Source: Haliotis cracherodii
Lineage: Eukaryota
Reading direction: 5' to 3'
Assembly (NCBI RefSeq): GCF_022045235.1
Contig: NW_027266271.1
Span: 26,970,001-27,034,000 of the forward strand
Length of the DNA: 64,000 bases
The notes beneath the pieces are model-generated. The model had not been told where the DNA came from. It saw only the letters and a list, made by a program, of their open reading frames with translations, and did no database searches. Made by a program: the position numbers and the translations under genes. Of the stretch, positions 23,859 through 34,259 are shown in pieces; the stretch's first letter is position 1, and every line of letters begins with the position of its first letter.

Positions 23859-24143
23859 GGGGGCACGGGTGGCCCAGGCGTCTAAGGCGCCGCGATTCGC
23901 TGTGCAGAGTTGCGTCCCTTGGGCATGCCAGAAACCTATGATTGTGGGTTCGAATCCCGGTTCGCCCCGATTATGTTTCTAGGTTTGTCAGCACCATACC
24001 CATGCTCGTGGGTTTCACCGAAGTGGTAAACGTCTGAGACCTGCATCACTTCGGGCTTTCGTCCCACATTAAGCTGACACGCCGCGATATAACTGGAATA
24101 TTGTTAAAAGCAGCGTTAAACCCCAACTCACTCACTCACTCAC
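23859..24143 (+). mobile_element. tRNA-derived SINE family B
   Basis: A box TGGCCCAGGCGTCTAAGG, B box GGTTCGAATCCC, (ACTC)n tail, TSD TCTTCTACCATAC. Confidence 0.9.
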
Positions 24144-24198
24144 TCTTCTACCATACAGTGACTATAAACCTGTAATTAGATGTTATATCAAAAACCTA

Positions 24199-25114
24199 AT
24201 GCAGAAGAAGTGGGACACTCAAGTGGGTATAAATAAATTACATGCAATAAAAGCAAATATCGGTTACACCTACTTGGGCTGTCAGTCCAGATTTGAAGAG
24301 GTCATTATGCGATGATGTCGTATTGGCCATTCACGTTATACACATGAGTATTTGTTGGAAGGTGAAGATCCTCCATTCTGTGTCCCTTGTGATGAAAGAA
24401 TCACAGTCAAGCATGTCCTGCTTGACTGTATCGATTTTTCTAGCACAAGGGATAATTATTTCCAGGTTTCATCCATACAGGATCTTTTTAATGTAAGTTC
24501 TCGTTTAATTCTTGGATTTTTAAAAGATATAGACTTGCTTGATAAATTTTGATATGTATTGTTGTAAAAAGTATATTTTCTAATTAGGAAGAATGAATTA
24601 ATAATTGTGATTGTTAATGGCTGTACCTTCAAAGGGGGTTGAAGTAACGTAAAATAATTGTCCCCCTGAGAGGGTTCATAAGTCCTATTTCATTCAAAGT
24701 ATTTTTCATTTTCCTAGGTTTTAATCGCAGAATACTTGTTTGTTTTTAAATGCTTTGGCTTAAACTTTCTAACAATCACCAGTAGCCAGAGGGATGGTGT
24801 AAATCCTGCTGGGATAACACGCAGGAAGCAGATGTACCGTAAGTCCCCATGGTCCCTTGTGTGGTGGCTTTGGTTGCTGGTGATCACTAGCCAATTTCTA
24901 TAATGTATTGTACTGAAAAGTCAAAATGTTATAGTTACTTACTAGTTTTATATGTATAGCTGTGATAATCTAGCTCTTTTACTGTCCATTGACGACAGAT
25001 TTTATATATTTATAGTTATATTTATGTATTATTACTGTACAACTTCATTTAGTCACGATATGGCTGAAATATTGCCGATGTGACTATAAATGTTAACTCA
25101 CTCACTCACTCACT
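24199..25114 (+). mobile_element. 3' fragment of an I/Nimb-like LINE (CCHC finger + 3'UTR + (ACTC)n tail)
   Basis: MQKKWDTQVGINKL...RIGHSRYTH...PPFCVPCDERITVKHVLLDC, then 3'UTR ending GCTGAAATATTGCCGATGTGACTATAAA...(ACTC)n. Confidence 0.88.
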
Positions 25115-25199
25115 AAATGTTGATCTACCAAATAAAGAGTTGTGATCTTTGGTGCCGGACCTGCAAACAAATCGAAATTATGTTTCACTATTGACCCCG

Positions 25200-25530
25200 A
25201 CCCTATCGAAACTGTAGATTCATATAACTAACTACCTTGGCCTAAAACTACACAGGAATAGACGATGTATACAAGCAGTCAAATCTCGGTCAGAAAACGC
25301 AACTAAAGCCATGTTCAGCCTACTCATGAAGCCCCGAAATGTTACTTTGCCATTAGATTGCCTCTTATCTGCCTTTGATGAAATCGTCGTCCCTTTACTA
25401 TTATATGGTGTCGAGATCTGGGAATACGAGAATCTAACTATTATAGAAAGGGTTCATCTAAAATTTCCTAAATTAGTTACTAGACTGAAAAGCATAAGTC
25501 CAAACTTTATGTTGTACAGCGAATGGGGTA
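25200..25530 (+). mobile_element. Non-LTR retrotransposon ORF2 fragment (post-RT region), decayed
   Basis: FDEIVVPLLLYGVEIW...IERVHLKF...PNFMLYSEWG resembles the LINE LLYG.E.W...N..V.GELG region. Confidence 0.65.
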
Positions 25531-25590
25531 TTGGACACTGTTCCTGGCTCAAGTGCCCTCAACCACCAGATTACCTTCTTCCACCGACGT

Positions 25591-25941
25591 GACCGCCCCC
25601 GTGGTCTAGTGGTAGCGCGTCCGCCCGGGGAGCGGAAGTCCCGGGGTTCGAACCCCGACCGCGTCATACCAAAAGACGTTAAAAGATGGTACTTGTTGTT
25701 ATCCTGTCTGGCGCTCGGCATTAAGGGGCTAAAACAAGGACTCGTCGGCTCGGAGTCAGTATACTGTGTCTTAGTGGGGTATTCATGTTCAACTGCGGCA
25801 TGGTATCTCAGTGGGTTAGCTCTATAAATCGTCATCAGTCCGGATTAGTACAAGCAGCCACATACACACGTGCATGCACGTCGCAATATAATTATAAGTA
25901 CAATAATTTTTGACGCGACGTTAAACCCCATTCACCTCACC
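25591..25941 (+). mobile_element. tRNA-derived SINE family D (Meta/MESC-domain-like); degenerate copy at ~60840-61100
   Basis: A box TGGTCTAGTGG, B box GGTTCGAACCCC, core CATACCAAAAGACGTTAAAAGATGGTAC...GGCGCTCGGCATTAAGGG, flanking repeat TCCACCGAC. Confidence 0.8.
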
Positions 25942-27161
25942 GTCCACCGACATAGGGACGCAACCCACGACAAACACTTTACCCAATTATGTCGCCTCTT
26001 ACGACAAGCCATGGGGTGCCGAGGACACATTCTACCCCGGGCCCCAGGGAAGTCCAGGAACTCATCACATTTGGGTATCTAAATATATCTAAATATATCT
26101 GAGCAGAATTATTTATTATCGTTAATATCGTCATTACATATTTATAATCGTTAAAATCATACTTCAATCTGTTTCAGTTTAAACTTGTACTAACTTGTGT
26201 CTTAAGTGTACAATATACAGCTAACAAGCTCAATGACAGGTATTAGGGATGTCATTTGATTGTTACATCACGGTAACCGAAACGTCACAATGATCAGCAA
26301 AGCTGCAATCTCAATGTAGCGATGTGACCCGTGAAGATCCGGGGTTTAATAGGTCTTCAACGACCCATTCTTGCGGTAAAAGGCATTTTCCCGAGGCAAG
26401 AGAGTCAACTGACTATAAAAGTCCAGTTTCCACCCCATTCGTGACCAACTCGTGTTATTCCGGGACAAGCCGAATAGCGACTCGTGCCCCTCTCATGGCC
26501 ATTTCTGCGACCGGGTTCCGTCTTGGCGCAAACGGGCACACCTAAAACAGTTGTCAACTCGTTGCGTAATATTTCCCCATATATGACATATATTTCAAAT
26601 GCAATTTAAAGCACATCGGAATGTGTGGAAGTATACGGTATGATTGAACACATTTCACTATGTCTTGGGTATATTTTTAGATGCAAGACATATGTAAAGT
26701 AAAAAAAATATTGCTGTGGGATTCTTTGATGAAGAACGTGAAGCCATACGCGGATTCTGATTAGTTTGTAGTATTTTCACACATAACATTCATCGATAGG
26801 GGGACGAGTCTTCTTGAAGGTTACAGAAAGGGGCGAGTGGTGACGAATGTTTCCACCCTTCCTGAACAAGGCTGGTATTATGCAGTTAGATTTTGGCTGG
26901 ACTAACGAGTCTATGCATAGTCCAATCAAAATCGCCCAATGAAATCGAAATCCGGTTCGGAAACTGAAATGCAGATTTCTATTGATTGCAGGGTTTACAA
27001 AACATGTACACCGCCAACTCGTTGTCAACAGATATTTTCCAAATCTTTTCATGTTTTTAATCAAGGTGCTCAAGTGATTTGATGAACTTCGCGATGTAAG
27101 ACCCGTTGTATCACAATATAGACATTGATTTTTTATCAGATCGTCTTGACTGTAAGCCGCC

Positions 27162-27829
27162 AGTAGTTGTGTGCAGTAGTTTGGGGCCGATCCTGGCTTC
27201 TGATTGGTCGAGAGGATCTGTGACGTCACTTCCGGTTTCGGTGCGCAGGGCATGATGGGAGGTGCGTGTGCATCCAAGATGACGGCACATCCGTTTCCGG
27301 TGGCTTGCGCAGCTCCAAGAGGACGTCACATCCGTTTCCGGGAAGGAGGGAAAACCCGGAGAGGCGGTCGTAAAAGGTGAACGGATCAAAGGTTGAAAGA
27401 AGCGCGTCAAAAATCTTCTTTTTTTTTGTTGTTCTAAAAATAGACGTGTCGTCGGCGGCGGCGGAAGGGAAGGGAGGAGGAGGAAGGAGGGAGGAGGAGG
27501 AGGGAGGGAGGAGGGATTCAGGGAGGGAGGAAGGCGGGAGGAGAGTCGAGTTCTTTGTTTTGTTTTGTTTTGGTGTGTGTGTGGCGATGGCATGTGGAGA
27601 TGATAGTTCACTGAGACGAGCTTATCAAAGTTATCAAACACAGTCGACGACTCTGCCACTTTGTTGCTAGGTTGACGTCATATCGGCGAAGAATCTTGCA
27701 ACAACATGTCACAAATCATGTCATCGGGTATGGTGATGTGTTTGTCAACTTTGAGGTGTAAGGTTTCGTTCCACAAGGCGATCGTGTATTGTAGCCCACG
27801 ATGACAGTCGTTTGTCTAAGTTAAAAGTC
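27162..27829 (+). repeat. Maverick left terminal inverted repeat (668 bp)
   Basis: Reverse complement of 32190-33044 apart from small indels and the SINE insertion. Confidence 0.93.
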
Positions 27830-29133
27830 ACGCGATTATGCTACGAAGCCCATGAAGGTGAAACCATCAAGTACATCTCCATCAACCCCCTGTGGACACG
27901 TTGTTTGAACTGAAAGGACTGATCCAATGTCGTGTCCTACCTCCGAAACGACTCTACCATCCACTACTGCCTTACAGATCGGGTGACAAACTGCTCTGTC
28001 CTTTGTGCCGCACGTGTGCCGATACCCGGTCAGACTCCCCCTGCCAGCACATGGACGAAGAGAGGTCATGGGTGGGTACGTACGCCACCATAGAACTTCA
28101 GGAAGCCGTGAAGAAGTATGACTACCAGGTGCTTCAGATCTACGACGTTTGGCATTTTGACACCTTTGCACAGCATGACCCCGATACCCAGCAAGTGGGA
28201 CTCTTTGACACTTACATCGATCGGCATTTCAAGGAGAAGCTCGAAGCCAGCGGATACCCCGAGGGATGTACGGATCACGACGCTTACATCCAGGAAATCT
28301 ACGACAAAGAAGGCATTGTGTTGGACAAGGATCGCATCGAAAAAAATCCAGGACGTCCCACGATTGCCAAGATGCAACTGAATTCGCTCTGGGGCAAGTT
28401 TGGACAACGGCTTGACTACAGTCAGAACATCTATATGAACGATCCTGTACAGTACTTTCCCTTGTGGAGGGATGAACGCAATACCATCGAGGATGTCACC
28501 GTTGTCAACGAACACATGGTGGAAGTGACCTATACCCAGAAGAAAGAATACCAAACCCCTCATTCTCATTTCAACGTCGCCATCGCTGCTTGGGTCACCG
28601 CCCAAGCACGTCTCAAGCTGTACGAGACCTTTGCCCTGGTGGGTCGCAGGGCCTTGTACTTTGACACGGACAGCGTCATTTACATTCATCGACCACACGA
28701 CGTGAATCCAGAGCTGGGCCATTCGTTGGGCGAATTTACAGATGAACTGGACGGAAACACCATCAAGACGTTTGTGTCGGGAGGCCCCAAAAACTATGGC
28801 TACGAGTTAATGAACCCCAGACCCGATGGAACGCGCACGACCTGCAAAGTGCGAGGGTTCACTTTGAATTACCGAAACCAACAACATCTCAACTTTGACA
28901 CCATGAAAGGACTGATACTGGGACAACAGCCTGGGAAAGAGGGGGAGGAAATCAGTTTGGATTACCCTCATCAGATCATTCGAAAAGACCCTCGGCACGT
29001 AGATGCTCTTGTGACCCGACCCTCCCGAAAAGACTATCGTACCGTGTACGACAAGCGACGTCTCGTCTACGACGAAACCACAGGGCTGCCTGTAGACACG
29101 CTCCCCTTTGGGTACAGAGACGACTTTCTATAA
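27830..29133 (+). pseudogene. Protein-primed family B DNA polymerase (pPolB), C-terminal polymerase portion
   Basis: GLIQCRVLPP..LYHPLLP, LCRTC, motif B KMQLNSLWGKFGQ, motif C YFDTDS, GGPKNY, KVRGFTLN, YDKR, TLPFGY. The N-terminal/exonuclease part and motif A (DxxSLYP) are absent. Confidence 0.93.
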
Positions 29134-29199
29134 AATGATATACCATTGGGGTTTCATCAACGGATCGAAACTGAATCGACATGAAAAAAAACGGCTCGA

Positions 29200-29440
29200 C
29201 ATTGGACCAATCAGAAGCTTGGGTTTTTGACCCATCAGAGGCCGCGCTCGGACCAGTGTGGGCTCTGATGGGTCGAACTGAGGTTGTGCTTTCTCTCACG
29301 CTACAAGCCTAACCCTATGGAAAAAAAACACTAAGGACGTACCACACTGGTGGGTAGCGTGTGGGACAGAAACCAGCCAATCAGAAGGTCGGATTTTCCA
29401 CCAATCAGAAAGCAGAGTGTCAGTGTCTTTAAATACGACC
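29200..29440 (+). promoter_or_regulatory. Putative CCAAT/TATA promoter of the Maverick cargo gene
   Basis: Three CCAATCAGAA boxes (29207, 29377, 29401) and TTTAAATA at ~29428, about 60 nt before ATG 29493 (CATCATG context). Confidence 0.5.
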
Positions 29441-29492
29441 AACGTTCCCTGACCATCACTTTTCACTGAACGGTCCAAGCAACAACATCATC

Positions 29493-30957
29493 ATGTTCCG
29501 ACTACTACTACCGTATGAGAACAATGGCCACTACCGCATCATCATCAAACAGAAGAAGAAGAAGGAGAAGGGGGACAAGGACGAAGACGTTTTTAATAGC
29601 GAGCATTTCCGTCGTGCCATGGCGGACATCCTGGGGGTACAGCTAGTTCTACATTGGGAGATGATGAGAACAAGTCCCTTGTACAAAGCTTCCCATGACT
29701 GCATGCATGAGAAGTGAAAGAGTGTTGTGGACACATTTCTGCCTCCGGAGTATGGCATCTGCATCCCCAGCATGGAATTCTACGTGGAAAAGTCAACCCC
29801 AACACCTGAAGCAGCAGCACTCACAGCATCCATACTCAAAGCAGCCAAAAAAGCAGCAGCACCACACGTCGCAGCACTTACCGCAGTGGTAGCGGAGGGA
29901 ACGTTAAAAGAAACAGACGTACTCACCTCAGCACTCATTGCAGCGTCAGCAGCGGCAGAAGCAGCACCCATACTAACAACAACACCCTCAGAAGCAGTGA
30001 AAGCAGCACAACAACTCGACTCAGCACTATGGACAGCGATACTAGCATCAGCCGCAGCAACACCTGCAGCCATAGAAGCAGCAGCAGTAGCACTCGTTGA
30101 AATAGTGACCGCACATGCACCCATGCTGCAGCAGTACTCATCGCAGACAACACCATCAACAACACCTATAGCAGCAGCAGAAGCAGCCACCACACAGGAA
30201 GAAGAAGATGCAGCTGCAGACGCAGCAACAACACCCTCACTAAAAGTATTCATCAATGCGCTACAGATGGCGCAATGCGCGGCAGGTGTGAGGGCATCGA
30301 CGGGGACACCTCGAGAAGCAGCAGCAACAAGAAAATTCGCCTCAGCACTATCCTGGGCGGCAGCAACAGCCACAGCCGCCACACCTACAGCAGTAGAAGC
30401 AGCAACATCTGCACTCGTCGCCGTAGTAACAGGAGTAACTTCAGAGCAGTCATCATCACCACCACCTTCACCACCATCACCGATGGACACCTCAGATGCT
30501 GCAGCATCCACACCAAAACCAGTGGCAGTCACCACAGCACCCTCATCAACAGCACCCACACAAAAACCAGTGGCAGCAGCAATGGTAGCAGCAGTGGCAC
30601 CAACAGTGGCAGACACCACCCCCCACAGCCATAGAAGCACCAGTAGCAACACCCTCACCAACAGAACTCTTTGATGCACTTCACGCAGCAGCAGAAGCAA
30701 CCGCAGCAGCAACACCACCCTCACCAGCAGCAGCAGCACCAGAACTCATCTCAGCACTATACAGAGCGGCAGTAGCAGCCGCAGCAGCAACACCTTCACC
30801 AACAGAAGCACCAGCCACAGCAGCACTCGTTGCAACATTGAGCAGGTACCTGTGTGATGACGATGACAAAGGTTGTCATCCACTTTTTCGCATTATTAGC
30901 ATTATTTCACTTTGTTTGAAGGTATCTAAGTTGTTGTTCATTATTAAACAGGGATAA
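29493..30957 (+). pseudogene. Ala/Thr/Pro-rich Maverick cargo ORF (~487 aa reconstructed; one in-frame TGA at 29715, +1 frameshift in the C-run 30619-30624)
   Basis: ORFs 29493-29717 and 29727-30674 share one frame. Removing one C continues the same Ala-rich repeat style to TAA 30957. Confidence 0.6.
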
Positions 30958-31259
30958 ATTGAACTGACTCTTTGTGTCTTGTGCCGAACCAAGGGTAGAG
31001 GTTGAGTTGAGATGTCGTCTACGTTGTCTGTCTGTTTGTGCGTCTGTCATGTCAGTGCACACCAAAGGGATGAAATAAAATATTAAAAAATAGATAAAAG
31101 AAAAAGGCCATGCTTGAAAGATCAGCTGGCTGGTAAGACATGATGGAGTCCACATGGTGTTCAGACTAATTGACACCCACCCTGCTTGCTTTGCCAACAC
31201 AAAAAACAACAATCCAAAAGAACCCACATCCTCCCCCTCGTCCTCTTGAAGGCACACGC

Positions 31260-31644
31260 CTACGCGTGACACCACCATGGTACGTCTCAAAATAATAAAA
31301 TAAATATATATAAATAGAGACGCGTGAAACACCACGTGTGTCTGGAGACACGAGTCAAACACCACGTATGTCTATCGATCTCTCTCTCTCTCTCTCTCCT
31401 TATAATATACAAAATAGGATCAATAATCCCGTGGATCAACGTGTGTTTGAAGACACACACGCATGACATCACGACTGCATGGCAACATGGAGTACATTAC
31501 GTTTTGCATGACAACACACGACGTACATGACGTGTGCATGGAGACAAGAATGACAGTACGCCTGTCGACCTACACAAGTACCGACTCCTCGGCATCATTC
31601 ATGATAATAATCATCCTATGGATCAACGTCAACGTCTGTTTGAA

Positions 31645-31698
<54 letters not shown>

Positions 31699-31842
31699 TG
31701 ACACTATGTTTGCATGGCAACACACAAAGTACATGACGTTCACATCGCGACATGAAGTACATCTCGTGTACAAACGTCACGAAAGTGTATCGATCTTTCT
31801 CAATCCATCTAAATACTAAATAAATGTGTGTAGTCACACACG

Positions 31843-31888
<46 letters not shown>

Positions 31889-32110
31889 ACCACGTTTTGC
31901 CTGGCAACACGCGTGAAACACTACGGGTGCCTGGCAACACGAATGACAGTACACTTGCCAACCTACACGAGCGCCAGCACCTCGGTATCATGAATAAATA
32001 AATGATAATAATCATCCTATGGATCAACGTCAACGTCTGTTTGTTGTCACGCGTGGCACCACGTTTGCATGGGGGTGACATGAAGTACATCACGTAGGCA
32101 TATACCTACA
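31260..32110. repeat. Degenerate subterminal repeats with (CA)n and (GA)n tracts inside the Maverick
   Basis: GGATCAACGT...TGTTTG recurs at ~31433, 31620 and 32021; (CA)n 31645-31695, (GA)n 31854-31884. Confidence 0.8.
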
Positions 32111-32189
32111 TCACGTTCATGTCTGTGCCTGTCGATTCACCGTTAGAATTCAGCCAACACCTTTAGCACCTTTAAATTCGCCACTCACC

Positions 32190-33044
32190 GACTTTTAACT
32201 TAGACAAACGACTGTCATCGTTGGCTACAATACACGATCGCCTTGTGGAACGAAACCTTACACCTCAAAGTTGACAAACACATCACCATACCCGATGACA
32301 TGATTTGTGACATGTTGGTGCAAGATCCTTCGCCGATATGACGTCAACCTAGCAACCAAGTGGCAGAGTCGTCGACTGTGTTTGATAACTTTGATAAGCT
32401 CGTCTCAGTGAACTATCATCTCCACATGCCATCGCCACACACCAAAACAAAACAAAACAAAGAACTCGACTCTCCTCCCGCCTTCCTCCCTCCCTGAATC
32501 CCTCCTCCCTCCCTCCTCCTCCTCCTCCTCCTCCTCCTCCCTTCCCAGGGGCGGTCGGGTAGCCTAGTGGTTAAAGCGTTCGCTCGTCACGCCGAAGACC
32601 CGGGTTCGATTCCCGACATGGGTACAATCTTTGAAGCCGATTTCTGGTGTCCCCCGCCGTGATATTGCTGGAATATTGCTAAAAGCGGCGTGAAACCATA
32701 CTCACTCACTCACTCACTCCTCCCTTCCCTTCCGCCGCCGTCTATTTTTAGAACAAAAAAAAAAAAAAGATTTTTGACACGCTTATTTCAACCTTTGATC
32801 CGTTCACCTTTTACGACCGCCTCTCCGGGTTTTCCCTCCTCCCCGGAAACGGATGTGACGTCCTCTTGAAGCTGCGCACGCCACCAGAAACGGATGTGCC
32901 GCCATCTTGGATGCACACGCACCTCCCATCATGCCCTGCGCGCATGCGCAGTCACGTGACCAAACCGAAACCGGAAGTGACGTCACAAACCCTCTCGACC
33001 AATCAGAAGCCAGGATCGGTCCCAAACTACTGCACACAACTACT
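32190..33044 (-). repeat. Maverick right terminal inverted repeat (interrupted by a SINE)
   Basis: Reverse complement of 27162-27829. Confidence 0.93.
32547..32716 (+). mobile_element. SINE family A inserted in the right TIR only
   Basis: TSD CTCCTCCCTTCCC (32534-32546 / 32717-32729). Absent from the left TIR. Confidence 0.92.
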
Positions 33045-33894
33045 GCCGCCATTTTGTGTGAAGCAAAAGCAAGTGATACGAGAGGTGGAATCTAAATGGT
33101 CCATAGGAGAGGCATAGAGGGACATAACTCCTAATAGTCACTGGTGGCGCTACGATAGAGCCCAGGAATTCCAGCCTAGTTCGGCAAGGGTGGAAACTGG
33201 GATTTTAACGTCAGTTAGCTCTGTTGCCTCGGGAAGATAGTAAAAGGCGACTATGCTTGTCGGAAGAGGCAACCAACTGCATCGGATGGTCAGGCTCGCT
33301 GACTTGGTTGAAACACGACATCGATCCAAATTGGGTGGATCGATGCTGATGATATCAATCACTGGATTGTCTGGTCCAGACTCGATTATATACAGACCTC
33401 CGTCATATGGCTGGAATATTGCTGAGTGCGGCGTAAAACAACCAACCAACCAACCAATGTAGCGAGGTCTCTGAATGAATGAGATCAAGCGTTATCTCGT
33501 GTAGAAGTTGTAGGTCTTATTTATAGGTACTGCAGTCGGTGCTGAAAAAAGTACACCGACATTGGACATTCATACACTGAAGCAGAACAACGACACTGAG
33601 AACGAAATATTTCAGTGTTGAACTGATTTATTACTACAGTAAACAAATATGGAAAATTACAATTCTTTATCCATTTTGCAAACCGGAAAAAAGGTCGTTT
33701 TCAGGAGGTCCAACCATGTCCTTTGAATACAAAGATTGGTTTGCACTTTCGATGGCTGAAATATTAAAATAATAATTATAAAATATTACGGATGTACATG
33801 TGAAAATTAAACGCAAAAACGCAACGCGGTATTAATCCATACTTATATTATATATACTGAGACTTTCACCCTTTTGTACATGGTATTGTAACTT

Positions 33895-34127
33895 GTAGAG
33901 TTGTGTCTGCCGTGGAATCGCCAGAACCCTATAATCGTTGGTTCGAATCCCGGTTTTGCTCCGATTATGTTTCCAGGTTTGTCAGCACCATACCCGTATA
34001 CGCGGGGTTTACCGAAGTTGTAAACGTTTAAGGCCTTGATCACTTTGGGCCTTCCTCCAACATTGAACTGACACGTCCTGACTAAACTGGAATATTACTC
34101 AAAGTGTTAAATGAAACTCACTGACTC
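33895..34127 (+). mobile_element. Degenerate SINE family B
   Basis: GGTTCGAATCCCGG...GGTTTGTCAGCACCATACCCG...CTGGAATATT. Confidence 0.75.
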
Positions 34128-34259
34128 TTATTGTTGCCAAGCATATTCTACATGCATGAGCTGGTTTTAGTTCGGATATGACATCCAATAATTATCTCGA
34201 CGAGCATTGGGAGGAAAAGGTGACAGTCGTGACCGATATCAGAAATTGAACCTCATTTA

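Larger units (their letters stand above)
27162..33044 (+). mobile_element. Internally deleted Maverick/Polinton (5.9 kb)
   Basis: Termini AGTAGT...ACTACT, long TIRs, perfect 6-bp TSD GCCGCC (27156-27161 / 33045-33050), protein-primed PolB remnant. Confidence 0.93.
26385..33239. mobile_element. Non-autonomous TIR DNA transposon (~1 kb once the Maverick is removed; the 9-bp TSD suggests MULE or Merlin type)
   Basis: Imperfect ~50-bp TIR TTCCCGAGGCAA-AGAG--AACTGAC--TAAAA---CCAGTTTCCACCC at both ends. TSD GTAAAAGGC (26376-26384 / 33240-33248). Confidence 0.75.
26326..33454 (+). mobile_element. SINE family C split by nested insertions (5' part 26326-26384, 3' part 33240-33454)
   Basis: The two halves rejoin into the family consensus. 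TSD CAATGTAGCGA(T/G)GT at 26312-26325 and 33455-33468. Confidence 0.85.

Noticed and set aside
26777-27670. ORFs overlapping the Maverick TIR
   Set aside because: Low-complexity translations of TIR sequence that run across the insertion boundary.
29727-30674. Antifreeze protein similarity of the Ala/Thr-rich ORF
   Set aside because: Only compositional; I see no regular Thr periodicity or signal peptide.
29780-30739. 319-aa minus-strand ORF
   Set aside because: Antisense shadow of the GCA-rich plus-strand ORF; promoter-like motifs and ATG context favour the plus strand.
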